Assembly: GCA_002869205.1 (NCBI GenBank)
Contig: PKTJ01000066.1
Span: forward strand, 187 to 64,186
DNA from: Candidatus Parcubacteria bacterium
Lineage (GTDB): Bacteria > Patescibacteriota > Patescibacteriia > Magasanikbacterales > UBA922
Direction of reading: 5' to 3'
DNA: 64,000 nucleotides
Made by a program: the position numbers and the translations under genes. The notes under the pieces were generated by a model. The model saw nothing but the letters and a program-made list of their open reading frames with translations. It did no database searches and had not been told where the DNA came from. Below are positions 55,865 to 64,000 of this stretch, piece after piece. The stretch's first letter is position 1. Every line of letters begins with the position of its first letter.

Positions 55865-56575
55865 CTAGTTCACGGTGTGGTCGTCGCGCCACCTGGCACA
55901 GATGTCGTCCGGGTACTTCCACGTACCGTCGTCTCGGGTGTCGAGACAGTGGATCATCGGATCTTCCTGTGAGGTAGAGATGTTGTAGGATGTGCCATCT
56001 GGTGTGATGATGATGACCGTCGAGGTGATCGGCTTGTCACCTTCATGTTTCCAGTCAGTCGGTCCACGATACGGGCGAGGGGAGATGTCGAGGTGGGTGT
56101 TTTCATCGCAGTTCTTACCCTCGATGTAGAAGCAGCGACCGTATTCCGGGATGGGATAGATGCCGTGAAACTCTATGTGACAGACCGCGTGCGTGATGCA
56201 CTCGTGAGGAAGTTCCTCACCGAGACAGTCACTCACGGTGGCGCACTCGTAGTTGTCGTAGTCTGGCGCGGGGAGCTCCGACGCTTCGATCGAATCGACG
56301 TAGATGAACGAGTCGACTTCGATTTCACCCACGAGAACCCACTCGTAGATGGATCCGTCCGGCGTCCAGAAGGGGCCGTCGAGCCAGATGACTTCATCAC
56401 GCTTGGGTTGTGCCGCCATCGTGGCGGCCTTGTCCAGCGTCTTCATCTTATCCGTCGAGTCCTGCTGCTCGGCTTCCAGGGACGCGCCGAATCCGATCGC
56501 GATCGACGCGAACAGGACGAGGGTCATCATAGGGACGTTGACGATGGTTCTGATGCTGGCCGCTCGGTTGCTCAT
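55865..56575 (-). CDS. secreted/membrane-anchored cysteine-rich hypothetical protein (~236 aa)
   Basis: Signal/TM segment MMTLVLFASIAIGFGASLEA and 10 Cys. Start placed at MSNRAAS, which has AGGAG 7 nt upstream. The plus-strand ORFs 56045-56710 and 56349-56807 are Arg-rich antisense artefacts. Confidence 0.6.
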   Translation of the reverse strand: MSNRAASIRTIVNVPMMTLVLFASIAIGFGASLEAEQQDSTDKMKTLDKAATMAAQPKRDEVIWLDGPFWTPDGSIYEWVLVGEIEVDSFIYVDSIEASELPAPDYDNYECATVSDCLGEELPHECITHAVCHIEFHGIYPIPEYGRCFYIEGKNCDENTHLDISPRPYRGPTDWKHEGDKPITSTVIIITPDGTSYNISTSQEDPMIHCLDTRDDGTWKYPDDICARWRDDHTVN

Positions 56576-56626
56576 TTTCGAGCTCCTCATTGTGTCCGTG
56601 GGCTTTTTCGAGCCCTGTTGCGATTC

Positions 56627-56818
56627 TTATCTTCCGAGACTGCAGGTGCCACAGTGCTTGCCGCAGTATCCTCCGCCCTGGCAAATGCCACGAGGTTCTT
56701 TGGGAGGTAGTGGCGGAAGGTCCTTGAACCTTTCTTCCATCGGAAGCAGCGGAGCTTTCTCCTGGTCTCCTTCCGGAACTGCGATTTCTTCTGGGTCTGT
56801 GGTATGACGAGAGGTCAT
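56627..56818 (-). CDS. small Cys-rich protein (63 aa from MTSRHTT; C-terminal CQGGGYCGKHCGTCSLGR)
   Basis: AGAGGAG 6 nt before the internal ATG; four Cys in a C-x5-C-x3-C-x2-C arrangement; sits 50 bp upstream of the secreted protein gene. Confidence 0.5.
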   Translation of the reverse strand: MTSRHTTDPEEIAVPEGDQEKAPLLPMEERFKDLPPLPPKEPRGICQGGGYCGKHCGTCSLGR

Positions 56819-56963
56819 CGGTGACTCCTCTATGCTGGAGAGTACGTTAATCATTTTTTACCAAAAAAACGGTATTTTGTCAATGTTATGTAAGAATAGT
56901 GGGACGTTTTGATTCCCGATTATTTTATGGTATACTTATGACCACTATTTCTAACCTTATTTT

Positions 56964-59900
56964 ATGGTTGCAAAGGGGGCGAAAAAATCTCGAAAAGACA
57001 AACATATTTTGTGGTTCAAAGAAATCGGCATCAAGGATGTTCCACTTGTTGGTGGAAAGAATGCAAGTCTTGGAGAGATGTATAACACGGTTACAAAAAA
57101 AGGCATCAATGTCCCAAATGGTTTTGCAGTTACCGCTGCGGCATATTGGGATTTTTTGGATAAAACAAATCTGAAAGCAAAGATAAAAAAAGAATTAAAA
57201 GATCTCGATGTAACAAATGTTCGTGAGCTTGCACGTGTAGGAAAAAAAGTTCGCAACATGGTTCTTGCAGCAAAATTTCCTGCACATTTGGAAAAGGAAG
57301 TGGAAAAAGCATATGCAGAATTATCTAAACTAGAAAAAACAAAAAATATCGCAGTTGCTGTGCGATCTAGTGCAACTGCAGAAGATTTGCCTGATGCGAG
57401 TTTTGCTGGTCAGCAAGAAACATATTTGAATATAAAAGGCGTCAAGTCACTTCAGACTGCAGTAAAAAAGTGTGTCGCGTCGCTCTTTACGAATCGCGCC
57501 ATCTCATATCGTGAGACAAAAGGATTTGACCATCTCACTGTTGCCCTGTCAGTTACGGTTCAGGTGATGGTTCGTTCAGATGTGGGTTCTTCTGGAGTAC
57601 TCTTTACACTCGATACAGAATCAGGTTTTCCTGGAGTGGTACTCATCAATTCATCCTACGGTCTTGGAGAATACGTGGTAAAGGGTCGGGTAACACCAGA
57701 TCAATTTTATGTTTTCAAAGAAGGAATAAAACAAGGCAAAAAATCTATTATTAGTAAAATTATTGGTTCAAAAGAAGTAAAACTTGTATATGGAGCCACT
57801 AGTGGTACGAAGCAACTTGCAGTAAAGAAAGCTGATCAAAATAAATTTTCTATTACACCAGATGAGGTTATTAAATTGACGAAATGGGGAATGCAGATTG
57901 AAGAGCACTATAAACGACCTCAAGATATTGAATGGGCAAAAGATGGTAAGACAGGAAAGCTCTATATTGTCCAAGCTCGACCTGAGACAGTAAAATCTCA
58001 TACAAATAAATCGGTGATTGAGACATATATTCTCAAGAAAAAGGGTAAACAAGCACTTACCGGTATTTCAGTAGGACAAAAGATTGGTGCAGGAAAAGTT
58101 CGTGTGATTGACAATCCAAAGCAGATGAAACAGTTCAAAAAAGGCGAAGTGCTCGTGACTCGTATCACTGATCCAGACTGGGAACCAATCATGCGTATTG
58201 CAAGTGCTATTGTCACAGAGCAGGGTGGTAAGACAAGTCATGCTGCTATTGTAAGTCGTGAGCTTGGTGTGCCATGTGTTGTTGGTGCGCGTGCTGCACG
58301 CAAGACTTTGAAAACAGGGAAACAGGTTACCGTGAGTTGTGCTGAGGGCGATGAGGGTATTATTTATAATGGTATTCTTCCGTTTGAAGTCAAGAAAACT
58401 GAAATTAAAAAAGTAGAAAAAACAAAAACAAAAATCATGATGAATGTTGGTGATCCTGACAATGCATTTAGTTTGTCATTTTTACCAAATAATGGCGTAG
58501 GTCTGGCACGTGAAGAATTTATTTTTTCCAATTTTATCCGTATTCATCCACTTGCGCTCGTTCACTACAATAAGCTCAAGGATAAGAAAGCCAAGAAAAA
58601 GATTGCTGAGATGACAAAAGGGTATAAGAAAAAGACTGACTATGCAGTAGATAAGCTTGCGGAAGGTATTGCACGAATTGCAACAGCATTTTATCCAAAT
58701 GAAGTAATTGTTCGCTTGTCTGACTTCAAAACAAATGAATATGCAACACTTCTTGGTGGAAAAGAATTTGAACCAAAAGAAGAAAACCCAATGATTGGAT
58801 GGCGTGGGGCAAGTCGTTATTATTCAAAAGAATATAAGCCAGGATTTAAGATTGAGTGTGAAGCACTCAAGAAAGTTCGTAATGAATGGGGTCTGACCAA
58901 TGTGATTACTATGGTGCCATTTTGTCGTACACCAGAAGAAGGAAAAAACGTGCTCAAGACTATGGCAGACTTTGGGCTCAAACAAGGTGAGAATGACCTC
59001 AAAGTATACGTAATGTGTGAAATCCCAAGTAATGTTATCTTGGCAGAAGAGTTTGCAAAATTATTTGACGGATTTAGTATTGGGTCAAATGATTTGACTC
59101 AGCTTACTTTGGGTGTTGATCGTGATTCATCTCTAGTGAGTCATGTGTATAGTGAAAAAAATAAGGCAGTAACTAAATTGATTCGTGATGTGATTCGTGT
59201 TGCCCACAAACATAAGCGAAAAGTAGGTATTTGTGGACAAGCTCCGAGTGATTATCCTGAATTTGCAGAGTTTTTGGTACGTGAAGGTATTGATAGTATT
59301 TCTCTTAATCCTGATACCGTTGTTTCTACGCGTGAACGTATTGCCTATGTAGAAAAAACTCTAGGAAAGAAAGGTAAGAAGACACACAAATCATATCTTG
59401 GTCTTGTTGCCGGTCTTGCTGTCCTTTCTGCTAGTCTGATGATGGTGGGTGGTGGCTGTGATTCAATTCGAGGTGATTTACCAACCCCTCATACCGACCT
59501 CATCGATATGAGCCCTGCAGAGATTCGTGAACGTGTAGAGAAAAAATTAAATGAAACACAGGAATTAGAAAAACAAAAACCAACACAAGAATTAAAAGTA
59601 AATAGTTTTGAACATTTTTCAATCAAATATCCACAAGAATGGTCTGTAGAAAATTGGAATGGTGGTGTCACGATGAGAAATAATGAGACAGGGGAGTATG
59701 TGAGTTTGTTTGATCAGCTTGTTGGTCACCCTGTGGCAGAAGGTGTGAAGGAGATTGTTACAGTTGGTGGAAAAGATGCAACGAGGTATGTAGAAGATTA
59801 TAAGGGTGACGATACAGAGTCAGCATCATTTACCGTAGTTGAGATTGATATGGAAGGATATGTTTTTGAAATCAACAGCAATGCAGATAATTTTGATGAT

Positions 59901-60098
59901 ATCTTAGACACGTTGGTATTTGTCTCAGAAGATTCGCCAGACAGACCACTAACACACTGGGATGTGAGAGAGAAGCGTGTGTGTATACAGATGATCACCT
60001 ATGCTCGCCAAGGAAGTGAGGGTATGTGTGAAGTATTTCCTACACCGTGTGACGTACCTGATGGGTGGAATGTCTGTGACGCAACAGACCTAGAATAA
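56964..60098 (+). CDS. ppsA: phosphoenolpyruvate synthase (pyruvate, water dikinase) with ~240-aa C-terminal extension
   Basis: VGGKNASLGEM start and PEP-utilizing His domain (GGKTSHAAIVSRELGVPCVVG). The canonical end near SLNPDTVV is followed in-frame by KKGKKTHKS-YLGLVAGLAVLSASLMMVGGGC (a lipoprotein-like signal peptide) and a Cys-containing domain. Confidence 0.85.
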   Translation: MVAKGAKKSRKDKHILWFKEIGIKDVPLVGGKNASLGEMYNTVTKKGINVPNGFAVTAAAYWDFLDKTNLKAKIKKELKDLDVTNVRELARVGKKVRNMVLAAKFPAHLEKEVEKAYAELSKLEKTKNIAVAVRSSATAEDLPDASFAGQQETYLNIKGVKSLQTAVKKCVASLFTNRAISYRETKGFDHLTVALSVTVQVMVRSDVGSSGVLFTLDTESGFPGVVLINSSYGLGEYVVKGRVTPDQFYVFKEGIKQGKKSIISKIIGSKEVKLVYGATSGTKQLAVKKADQNKFSITPDEVIKLTKWGMQIEEHYKRPQDIEWAKDGKTGKLYIVQARPETVKSHTNKSVIETYILKKKGKQALTGISVGQKIGAGKVRVIDNPKQMKQFKKGEVLVTRITDPDWEPIMRIASAIVTEQGGKTSHAAIVSRELGVPCVVGARAARKTLKTGKQVTVSCAEGDEGIIYNGILPFEVKKTEIKKVEKTKTKIMMNVGDPDNAFSLSFLPNNGVGLAREEFIFSNFIRIHPLALVHYNKLKDKKAKKKIAEMTKGYKKKTDYAVDKLAEGIARIATAFYPNEVIVRLSDFKTNEYATLLGGKEFEPKEENPMIGWRGASRYYSKEYKPGFKIECEALKKVRNEWGLTNVITMVPFCRTPEEGKNVLKTMADFGLKQGENDLKVYVMCEIPSNVILAEEFAKLFDGFSIGSNDLTQLTLGVDRDSSLVSHVYSEKNKAVTKLIRDVIRVAHKHKRKVGICGQAPSDYPEFAEFLVREGIDSISLNPDTVVSTRERIAYVEKTLGKKGKKTHKSYLGLVAGLAVLSASLMMVGGGCDSIRGDLPTPHTDLIDMSPAEIRERVEKKLNETQELEKQKPTQELKVNSFEHFSIKYPQEWSVENWNGGVTMRNNETGEYVSLFDQLVGHPVAEGVKEIVTVGGKDATRYVEDYKGDDTESASFTVVEIDMEGYVFEINSNADNFDDILDTLVFVSEDSPDRPLTHWDVREKRVCIQMITYARQGSEGMCEVFPTPCDVPDGWNVCDATDLE

Positions 60099-60135
60099 AT
60101 AAGACTACAGAGCCTCACAGAGGCTCTTTTATATA

Positions 60136-61173
60136 ATGCATATGATGTTATCTCAAAAAGAAAAATTATTTTTAATACCTCTTGGGCTTGTTGCTATTGT
60201 GGTAGCTGCGGTTGGTGGGTATGTTATTTCTGAAGTGGGTTTTTCTGGAGGTGGTGAGGAAAGACAAATAGTTTCATATAGTGAAGAATCACCTGATCAA
60301 GATGAAAATAAGATCGATACTAAAGTGGAGGATCAGATGATTTCGTGTGTCATGGTAGACAAAAGTTTGGATATTGTTCCAGACGAAGGTCTGGGTGTGT
60401 ATTACAAGACACGCTTGTTTCCTGTAGAGACAAATGTTAGGCATGATATTTTTGTAAATGATTCAGCAATTATTGCGTTTAAACATTTTAATGGAGGAGG
60501 GGACCCCTATAATTATGATGAGGAAAAGTGGAGTAAGTTTGCTGGACAAGGACCTTCTTATTTTGTCGAAATGCTAGATTTTTCTGCACCTAGGAATGTT
60601 TCTGTTATCCCAACTTTTTCTATTCCTCATGAGGTTATTACCAATGACAATTTTATGGGTAATATCACAAATGTGAGTTATGGTGATAGTTGGTTTATTT
60701 TCTCTCGGGGGTTTGCAGCGTTTACTGGTTCGGTGGTGGATCAGAGATTGACAGAGGTTGCCTATGATCGTAAGTTTCGAGAGATTGTTATTCCAGAAGA
60801 ATACACTGCTGATCCAGAATTTCGTTCTGGTCCGGTTCATGGTTTTACTGTTAATAATAATACGTCAACCATAGGAGACATGCTTGGTCTTTTGCGTGAT
60901 GATACCATTGTGTTTTCTTTGCAAAAAAATACTAGTACATATATTGGTTATGAAATAAAAAATGACTCATGGATAGAAGTTTCTGTAGATGAGATATATG
61001 ATGTTGATATGACAGTCTATGAAGAGGTTGGTGGACCACGTATATACAAACCCCTTGATCTTATCAAGGAGTATGGTTGTTTTGCACTTCCAACACCGCG
61101 TGGTGATATGGTTTTTACGTCGCATGAGCTTGGTAATCTGAATGACGAGATGGATGTGTGGTTTGCTCGATAG
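60136..61173 (+). CDS. hypothetical membrane-anchored protein (345 aa)
   Basis: N-terminal TM helix; no known motif. Confidence 0.45.
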   Translation: MHMMLSQKEKLFLIPLGLVAIVVAAVGGYVISEVGFSGGGEERQIVSYSEESPDQDENKIDTKVEDQMISCVMVDKSLDIVPDEGLGVYYKTRLFPVETNVRHDIFVNDSAIIAFKHFNGGGDPYNYDEEKWSKFAGQGPSYFVEMLDFSAPRNVSVIPTFSIPHEVITNDNFMGNITNVSYGDSWFIFSRGFAAFTGSVVDQRLTEVAYDRKFREIVIPEEYTADPEFRSGPVHGFTVNNNTSTIGDMLGLLRDDTIVFSLQKNTSTYIGYEIKNDSWIEVSVDEIYDVDMTVYEEVGGPRIYKPLDLIKEYGCFALPTPRGDMVFTSHELGNLNDEMDVWFAR

Positions 61174-61292
61174 GAATATAACATAATATCAAAAAATGAT
61201 CCGGAGAGGGTCATTTTTTATTTGCTTTTTATTTTTGGTCGTGTTAGGTTTTATATATTGTCAACAATGTTCTCCACCAGATGAGGTCTGAT

Positions 61293-62045
61293 ATGAGCAT
61301 CAGGTTTACGTGTGAAGTCGAGACGCCTGACGGTGTCGTGCGATTCGTTCTTGATTCGTGGCGTTCTTCGTCGGAGGATGATCGAACCATCGAGCCGGAG
61401 TTCTATGTGGATTACTGTGCGGATGGTCAGATCCCGCAGGGTCCTCATCACGAGGTCGAGATCCTCGAGCCGGCGAAGATCGGTGGTCACGAGCACGAAG
61501 AAGTCATCCACTATCACATCAATCGTGGTGGTGGGCAGTTCGTGTGCTGGACCGGTTCTCTGCCGTCGCTCAGTGCGGTCAGTACCATGCTTCGCGTGTG
61601 GTGTGCTGGGACTGCCTTCACCATGGCGACTGGTAAGGACTTCACGGTCGAGTTCGAGGGTGATTTCGATCAGATCGTACGCGGCCTTTCTGAGGCCGGA
61701 TACAAGGTAGTTCTGTGTCGTAACGACCTGCAGCAGTTCGAAATTAGTATGACGTTTTCTCATAACGTGACATGGTCTGCTTTCAGCTCACCGCTGGTCA
61801 AGGAGATCGTGGCGCGGCTGCCGCGTGAGCAAGAAGACGTCTTGCGTGCAGTAGTAGAACACTTGCGTTCTCGCACACCACACGAGAACGGCGCGATCGA
61901 AGACAGTCTCATGGTTGCCTGGGGTGTGTTCTGTCAGAGGCTTCGGGGTAATTTGGACCTCAGCGAGCCTATCGCGACGCCATTGGCGATCGGTGATCTG
62001 AGCGGGTGGGTTCTGTGGGCTGAAGAAAGCGCCAACATGTGCTGA
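61293..62045 (+). CDS. hypothetical cytoplasmic protein (250 aa)
   Basis: ORF with GC-rich codon usage; start placed at MSIRFT, which has GAGGT upstream. Confidence 0.5.
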   Translation: MSIRFTCEVETPDGVVRFVLDSWRSSSEDDRTIEPEFYVDYCADGQIPQGPHHEVEILEPAKIGGHEHEEVIHYHINRGGGQFVCWTGSLPSLSAVSTMLRVWCAGTAFTMATGKDFTVEFEGDFDQIVRGLSEAGYKVVLCRNDLQQFEISMTFSHNVTWSAFSSPLVKEIVARLPREQEDVLRAVVEHLRSRTPHENGAIEDSLMVAWGVFCQRLRGNLDLSEPIATPLAIGDLSGWVLWAEESANMC

Positions 62046-62118
62046 AGGGAGGGTGTTGTGGCACGTTCACCACCAAGGGGAAGCCCTGACTGATCGCACC
62101 GAACAGTCGGGGACAGTC

Positions 62119-62190
62119 AAAAACAGTCTAGTTTATAGACTGTTTTTTTGTGTTTTTACCCTTGACATAAGGGTTTTTTTGTGATACAAC
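62119..62190 (+). promoter_or_regulatory. terminator hairpin (AAAAACAGTCTA-gttta-TAGACTGTTTTT) followed by sigma70-like promoter TTGACA-17-TACAAC
   Basis: Perfect palindrome 62119-62150; -35 at 62162-62167, -10 at 62185-62190; AGGAG at 62227-62231 before the ATG at 62239. Confidence 0.6.
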
Positions 62191-62238
62191 TCGAGCAGGT
62201 TTGAGAAAGCGAAACCAGGAAACAACAGGAGTGACATC

Positions 62239-63060
62239 ATGTCGCATAAGAATAGTTCGCGTTCGTTCATGCAGAACCTCGGTACGTACCGTGTGCAGCG
62301 TAGAATCTTCATTTTTTCGACACTTATCTCTCTGATCGTGATGTGTTCACTGCGTTCGGATAGCAGCGACGACCAAGAACAAGAGGTCGCTGTGTCAGCC
62401 ACTCCTGTCATCGTGCCGACGCAGTCCGGTCGTCCGGCGATTCCTGGACCGCTCGAGATTCCGAGCGATGAATTCAGGAAGTGGTCGGCCAAAGAGCTTG
62501 ATCGAATCGTGCGTACACACCCGAGTGAATTGATCTCTCGAGATCTGCTCGGACATGTCGAGGCACGTCCTCGCCGAGTTCATCCGAGTTTCGCTCTCGT
62601 CGAGACACCGGTACCACGCATGGCACAAGCGTTTTGCGATCTTCTGCCAAGCAGTGGAACTCGCGTGGGCTTCACCATCTTTCCGAGACTGTTCTTTGCA
62701 GACAATGTCTCGGATGTGGATCGTTACACCGCGCTTTACCATGAGTATGACCATATCGCCGAGATGCTGGCAGACCCATCCCTGTGTCCGTTTTTCTCAG
62801 AGACATGGGTCGGCACGTCTCTCGAGGTCCGTAGGTTTTTTGACCTCGAGATGCAGGCCTACAGCGCGGCATGTGAATTCGAGATCGTACATGAGCTTGT
62901 GGACCGGGCGCACCAGTCGGGCTGTCGCATATATCGCGATCAGGGTCCGGAGACTTATCTGAGGCTCACCTCTACACGTCTCGAAGCTATGCCGATCTTC
63001 GCGCCGTACCGGAACAAGCTTCTGGGATGGGCGCGTGAGTACATCGAACATAATCGTTAG
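62239..63060 (+). CDS. membrane-anchored HExxH-motif protein (putative zinc metallopeptidase-like)
   Basis: N-terminal hydrophobic segment IFIFSTLISLIVMC and a YHEYDH (HExxH) motif; otherwise unknown. Confidence 0.5.
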   Translation: MSHKNSSRSFMQNLGTYRVQRRIFIFSTLISLIVMCSLRSDSSDDQEQEVAVSATPVIVPTQSGRPAIPGPLEIPSDEFRKWSAKELDRIVRTHPSELISRDLLGHVEARPRRVHPSFALVETPVPRMAQAFCDLLPSSGTRVGFTIFPRLFFADNVSDVDRYTALYHEYDHIAEMLADPSLCPFFSETWVGTSLEVRRFFDLEMQAYSAACEFEIVHELVDRAHQSGCRIYRDQGPETYLRLTSTRLEAMPIFAPYRNKLLGWAREYIEHNR

Positions 63061-63147
63061 GCTGAGGAGGTGCCTCAAGAACCCGACGCCCAAAGCGTCT
63101 GGCTGGTCCCGCAGGGATCATTCAGCGAGCGTGCATCGGGATCAGTC

Positions 63148-63209
63148 AAAAACAGCTTTTTCTAAAAGGCTGTTTTTGTTTTGACCCACTCACAAAAACA
63201 TGTTAAAAT
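63148..63209 (+). promoter_or_regulatory. second copy of the terminator-promoter spacer module (hairpin, then TTGACC-17-TAAAAT)
   Basis: CAGTCAAAAACAGC...GCTGTTTTTGTTTTGACCC parallels the module at 62110-62167. Confidence 0.55.
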
Positions 63210-63350
63210 AATCCACCTGTGATAAGGCGCGTGAGCGTTTTGTCACGGTTTTTTGTAATGTTGAGACAGAGGAGTGGGTTTGATAGCTTTGTTTGTGTCG
63301 GGATTGGCCCGTCGCTGGCAAGGTGTCTAACTCACTTTTCGAGGTAGTCC

Positions 63351-63974
63351 ATGCGCGTTTGTAGCTTGTTCTCGATCCTGGTTCTCAGTGTCTCTTTCTC
63401 CTTCCTCGCTGCGTGCAACGATGATTCGTCTGGCGGCAGCGGTACGGTGGAGGAGACTGAGTACATCTCCTGCAATCCGGCTATGGGAGGTGACTGCCCG
63501 GATGGATCCTCGTGCGCTCGTCTCGAAGGCGATGCGCACACGCTCTCGGTATGCGTCCAGGACGAGCACGTGCCCTGTGTCGCCGACTTCGAGTGCGATG
63601 GCGGGCAGTGTATCTCCGTCCAGGGTCTTCAGCAGACCATCTGCACTCAGTCCTTGGCTGAAGATATCGGCTGTCCGTTCTACGGCTTTGATGAGCTCGA
63701 GTACGAGGTGAAGGTCGGGAACGAGACGTTCTACTTGCTCACCGAGTATGTCTCGGAATCGTGTGAGCTGTCCATGAGGCTGAAGTCCGACCTTAGCAAC
63801 ATGGCCTGGCATTACGTCTTGTACGTCGATGAGGATGACAGCCTCCGTGGCGTCGTCGGCAATGGCGCCCAGGTCGAAGTCCTTCACCTCAGCTTGGGCT
63901 GGATCCAGGTTCGTGAGACCGATCCGGACGGCGGCGCCGACCCGATCGAATACACCTTCTTCCTCGTACCGTAG
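63351..63974 (+). CDS. cysteine-rich lipoprotein, hypothetical
   Basis: Signal peptide with canonical lipobox FLAAC and about 14 Cys. The minus-strand ORF 63327-63887 is judged antisense. Confidence 0.55.
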   Translation: MRVCSLFSILVLSVSFSFLAACNDDSSGGSGTVEETEYISCNPAMGGDCPDGSSCARLEGDAHTLSVCVQDEHVPCVADFECDGGQCISVQGLQQTICTQSLAEDIGCPFYGFDELEYEVKVGNETFYLLTEYVSESCELSMRLKSDLSNMAWHYVLYVDEDDSLRGVVGNGAQVEVLHLSLGWIQVRETDPDGGADPIEYTFFLVP

Positions 63975-64000
63975 CCCAGCTTCGGTGGCTGAGGATCTTA

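Larger units (their letters stand above)
55628..56855. other. GC-rich compositional island C (putatively foreign): two-gene module
   Basis: Sharp GC shift, GGAGG-type ribosome-binding sites, bounded by pyk and the AT-rich ppsA promoter region. Confidence 0.65.
61262..64000. other. GC-rich compositional island D (putatively foreign, continues past the window end): three independent cassettes
   Basis: GC-rich codons, TGA/TAG stops, repeated terminator-promoter spacer modules. Confidence 0.65.

Noticed and set aside
56045-56807. Plus-strand ORFs 56045-56710 and 56349-56807 in island C
   Set aside because: Arg-rich antisense frames overlapping the minus-strand Cys-rich genes, which have strong ribosome-binding sites and a signal peptide.
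63327-63887. 186-aa minus-strand ORF overlapping the island D lipoprotein
   Set aside because: The plus-strand gene has a promoter, a ribosome-binding site and a canonical lipobox; the minus ORF has none of these.

Overview
This 64 kb window reads as a very AT-rich, gene-dense bacterial chromosome segment. Most genes lack Shine-Dalgarno sequences and there are several fused or minimal housekeeping genes, which is consistent with a CPR/Patescibacteria-like genome (my inference, not a database result). Housekeeping content in order: a Clp/Hsp100 ATPase, phosphohexomutase, an SDR, htpX-lemA, rseP, pheS-pheT, dnaE, prs, an MFS-like transporter, tsaD, and a NAD de novo cluster. That cluster is nadE, a nadM-nadA fusion, nadC and nadB, and nadB carries an in-frame stop. 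It continues with tRNA-Glu, rplJ-rplL behind an attenuator-type leader, tsaB, acyP, a GT2, mreB, an EamA transporter, a GT4, holB, a BNR-repeat protein, frr, dtd, a Pif1/RecD-like helicase, glyQS behind a glycine T-box leader, an M16 peptidase, tpiA, tRNA-Thr, tRNA-Tyr, pyk and a ppsA with a C-terminal extension. The most striking signal is four sharply bounded GC-rich islands embedded in this AT-rich background (19960-21915, 28483-28763, 55628-56855, 61262 to the window end). Their genes have GC-rich third codon positions, strong GGAGG-type ribosome-binding sites, sigma70-like TTGACA-N17-TATAAT promoters, hairpin terminators and TGA stops. The host genes have none of these. Island A carries a divergent PRPP-synthetase paralog plus a uridine kinase and sits one small gene (21960-22220) away from the host's own prs. 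Island B is a small unknown gene inside the NAD operon. Island C carries a Cys-rich small peptide plus a secreted Cys-rich protein, and it begins with a GC-recoded copy of the pyk C-terminus. Island D carries three independently promotered cassettes: an unknown protein, an HExxH membrane protein and a lipoprotein. The window also holds at least four families of short dispersed repeats. One is a GC-rich nested hairpin (3 copies). One is a GGATTTCCAGATAATCCAGATTTACGGATATC palindromic element (5 copies). One is a set of AAAGTT-based tandem and inverted repeats, including one that puts a TAA into nadB and one sitting in-frame in the GT4 gene. One is a terminal-inverted-repeat-flanked MITE-like element after rplL. 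The six-frame track also missed an edge-truncated ORF at 1-1017 on the minus strand, which encodes a low-complexity repeat protein.
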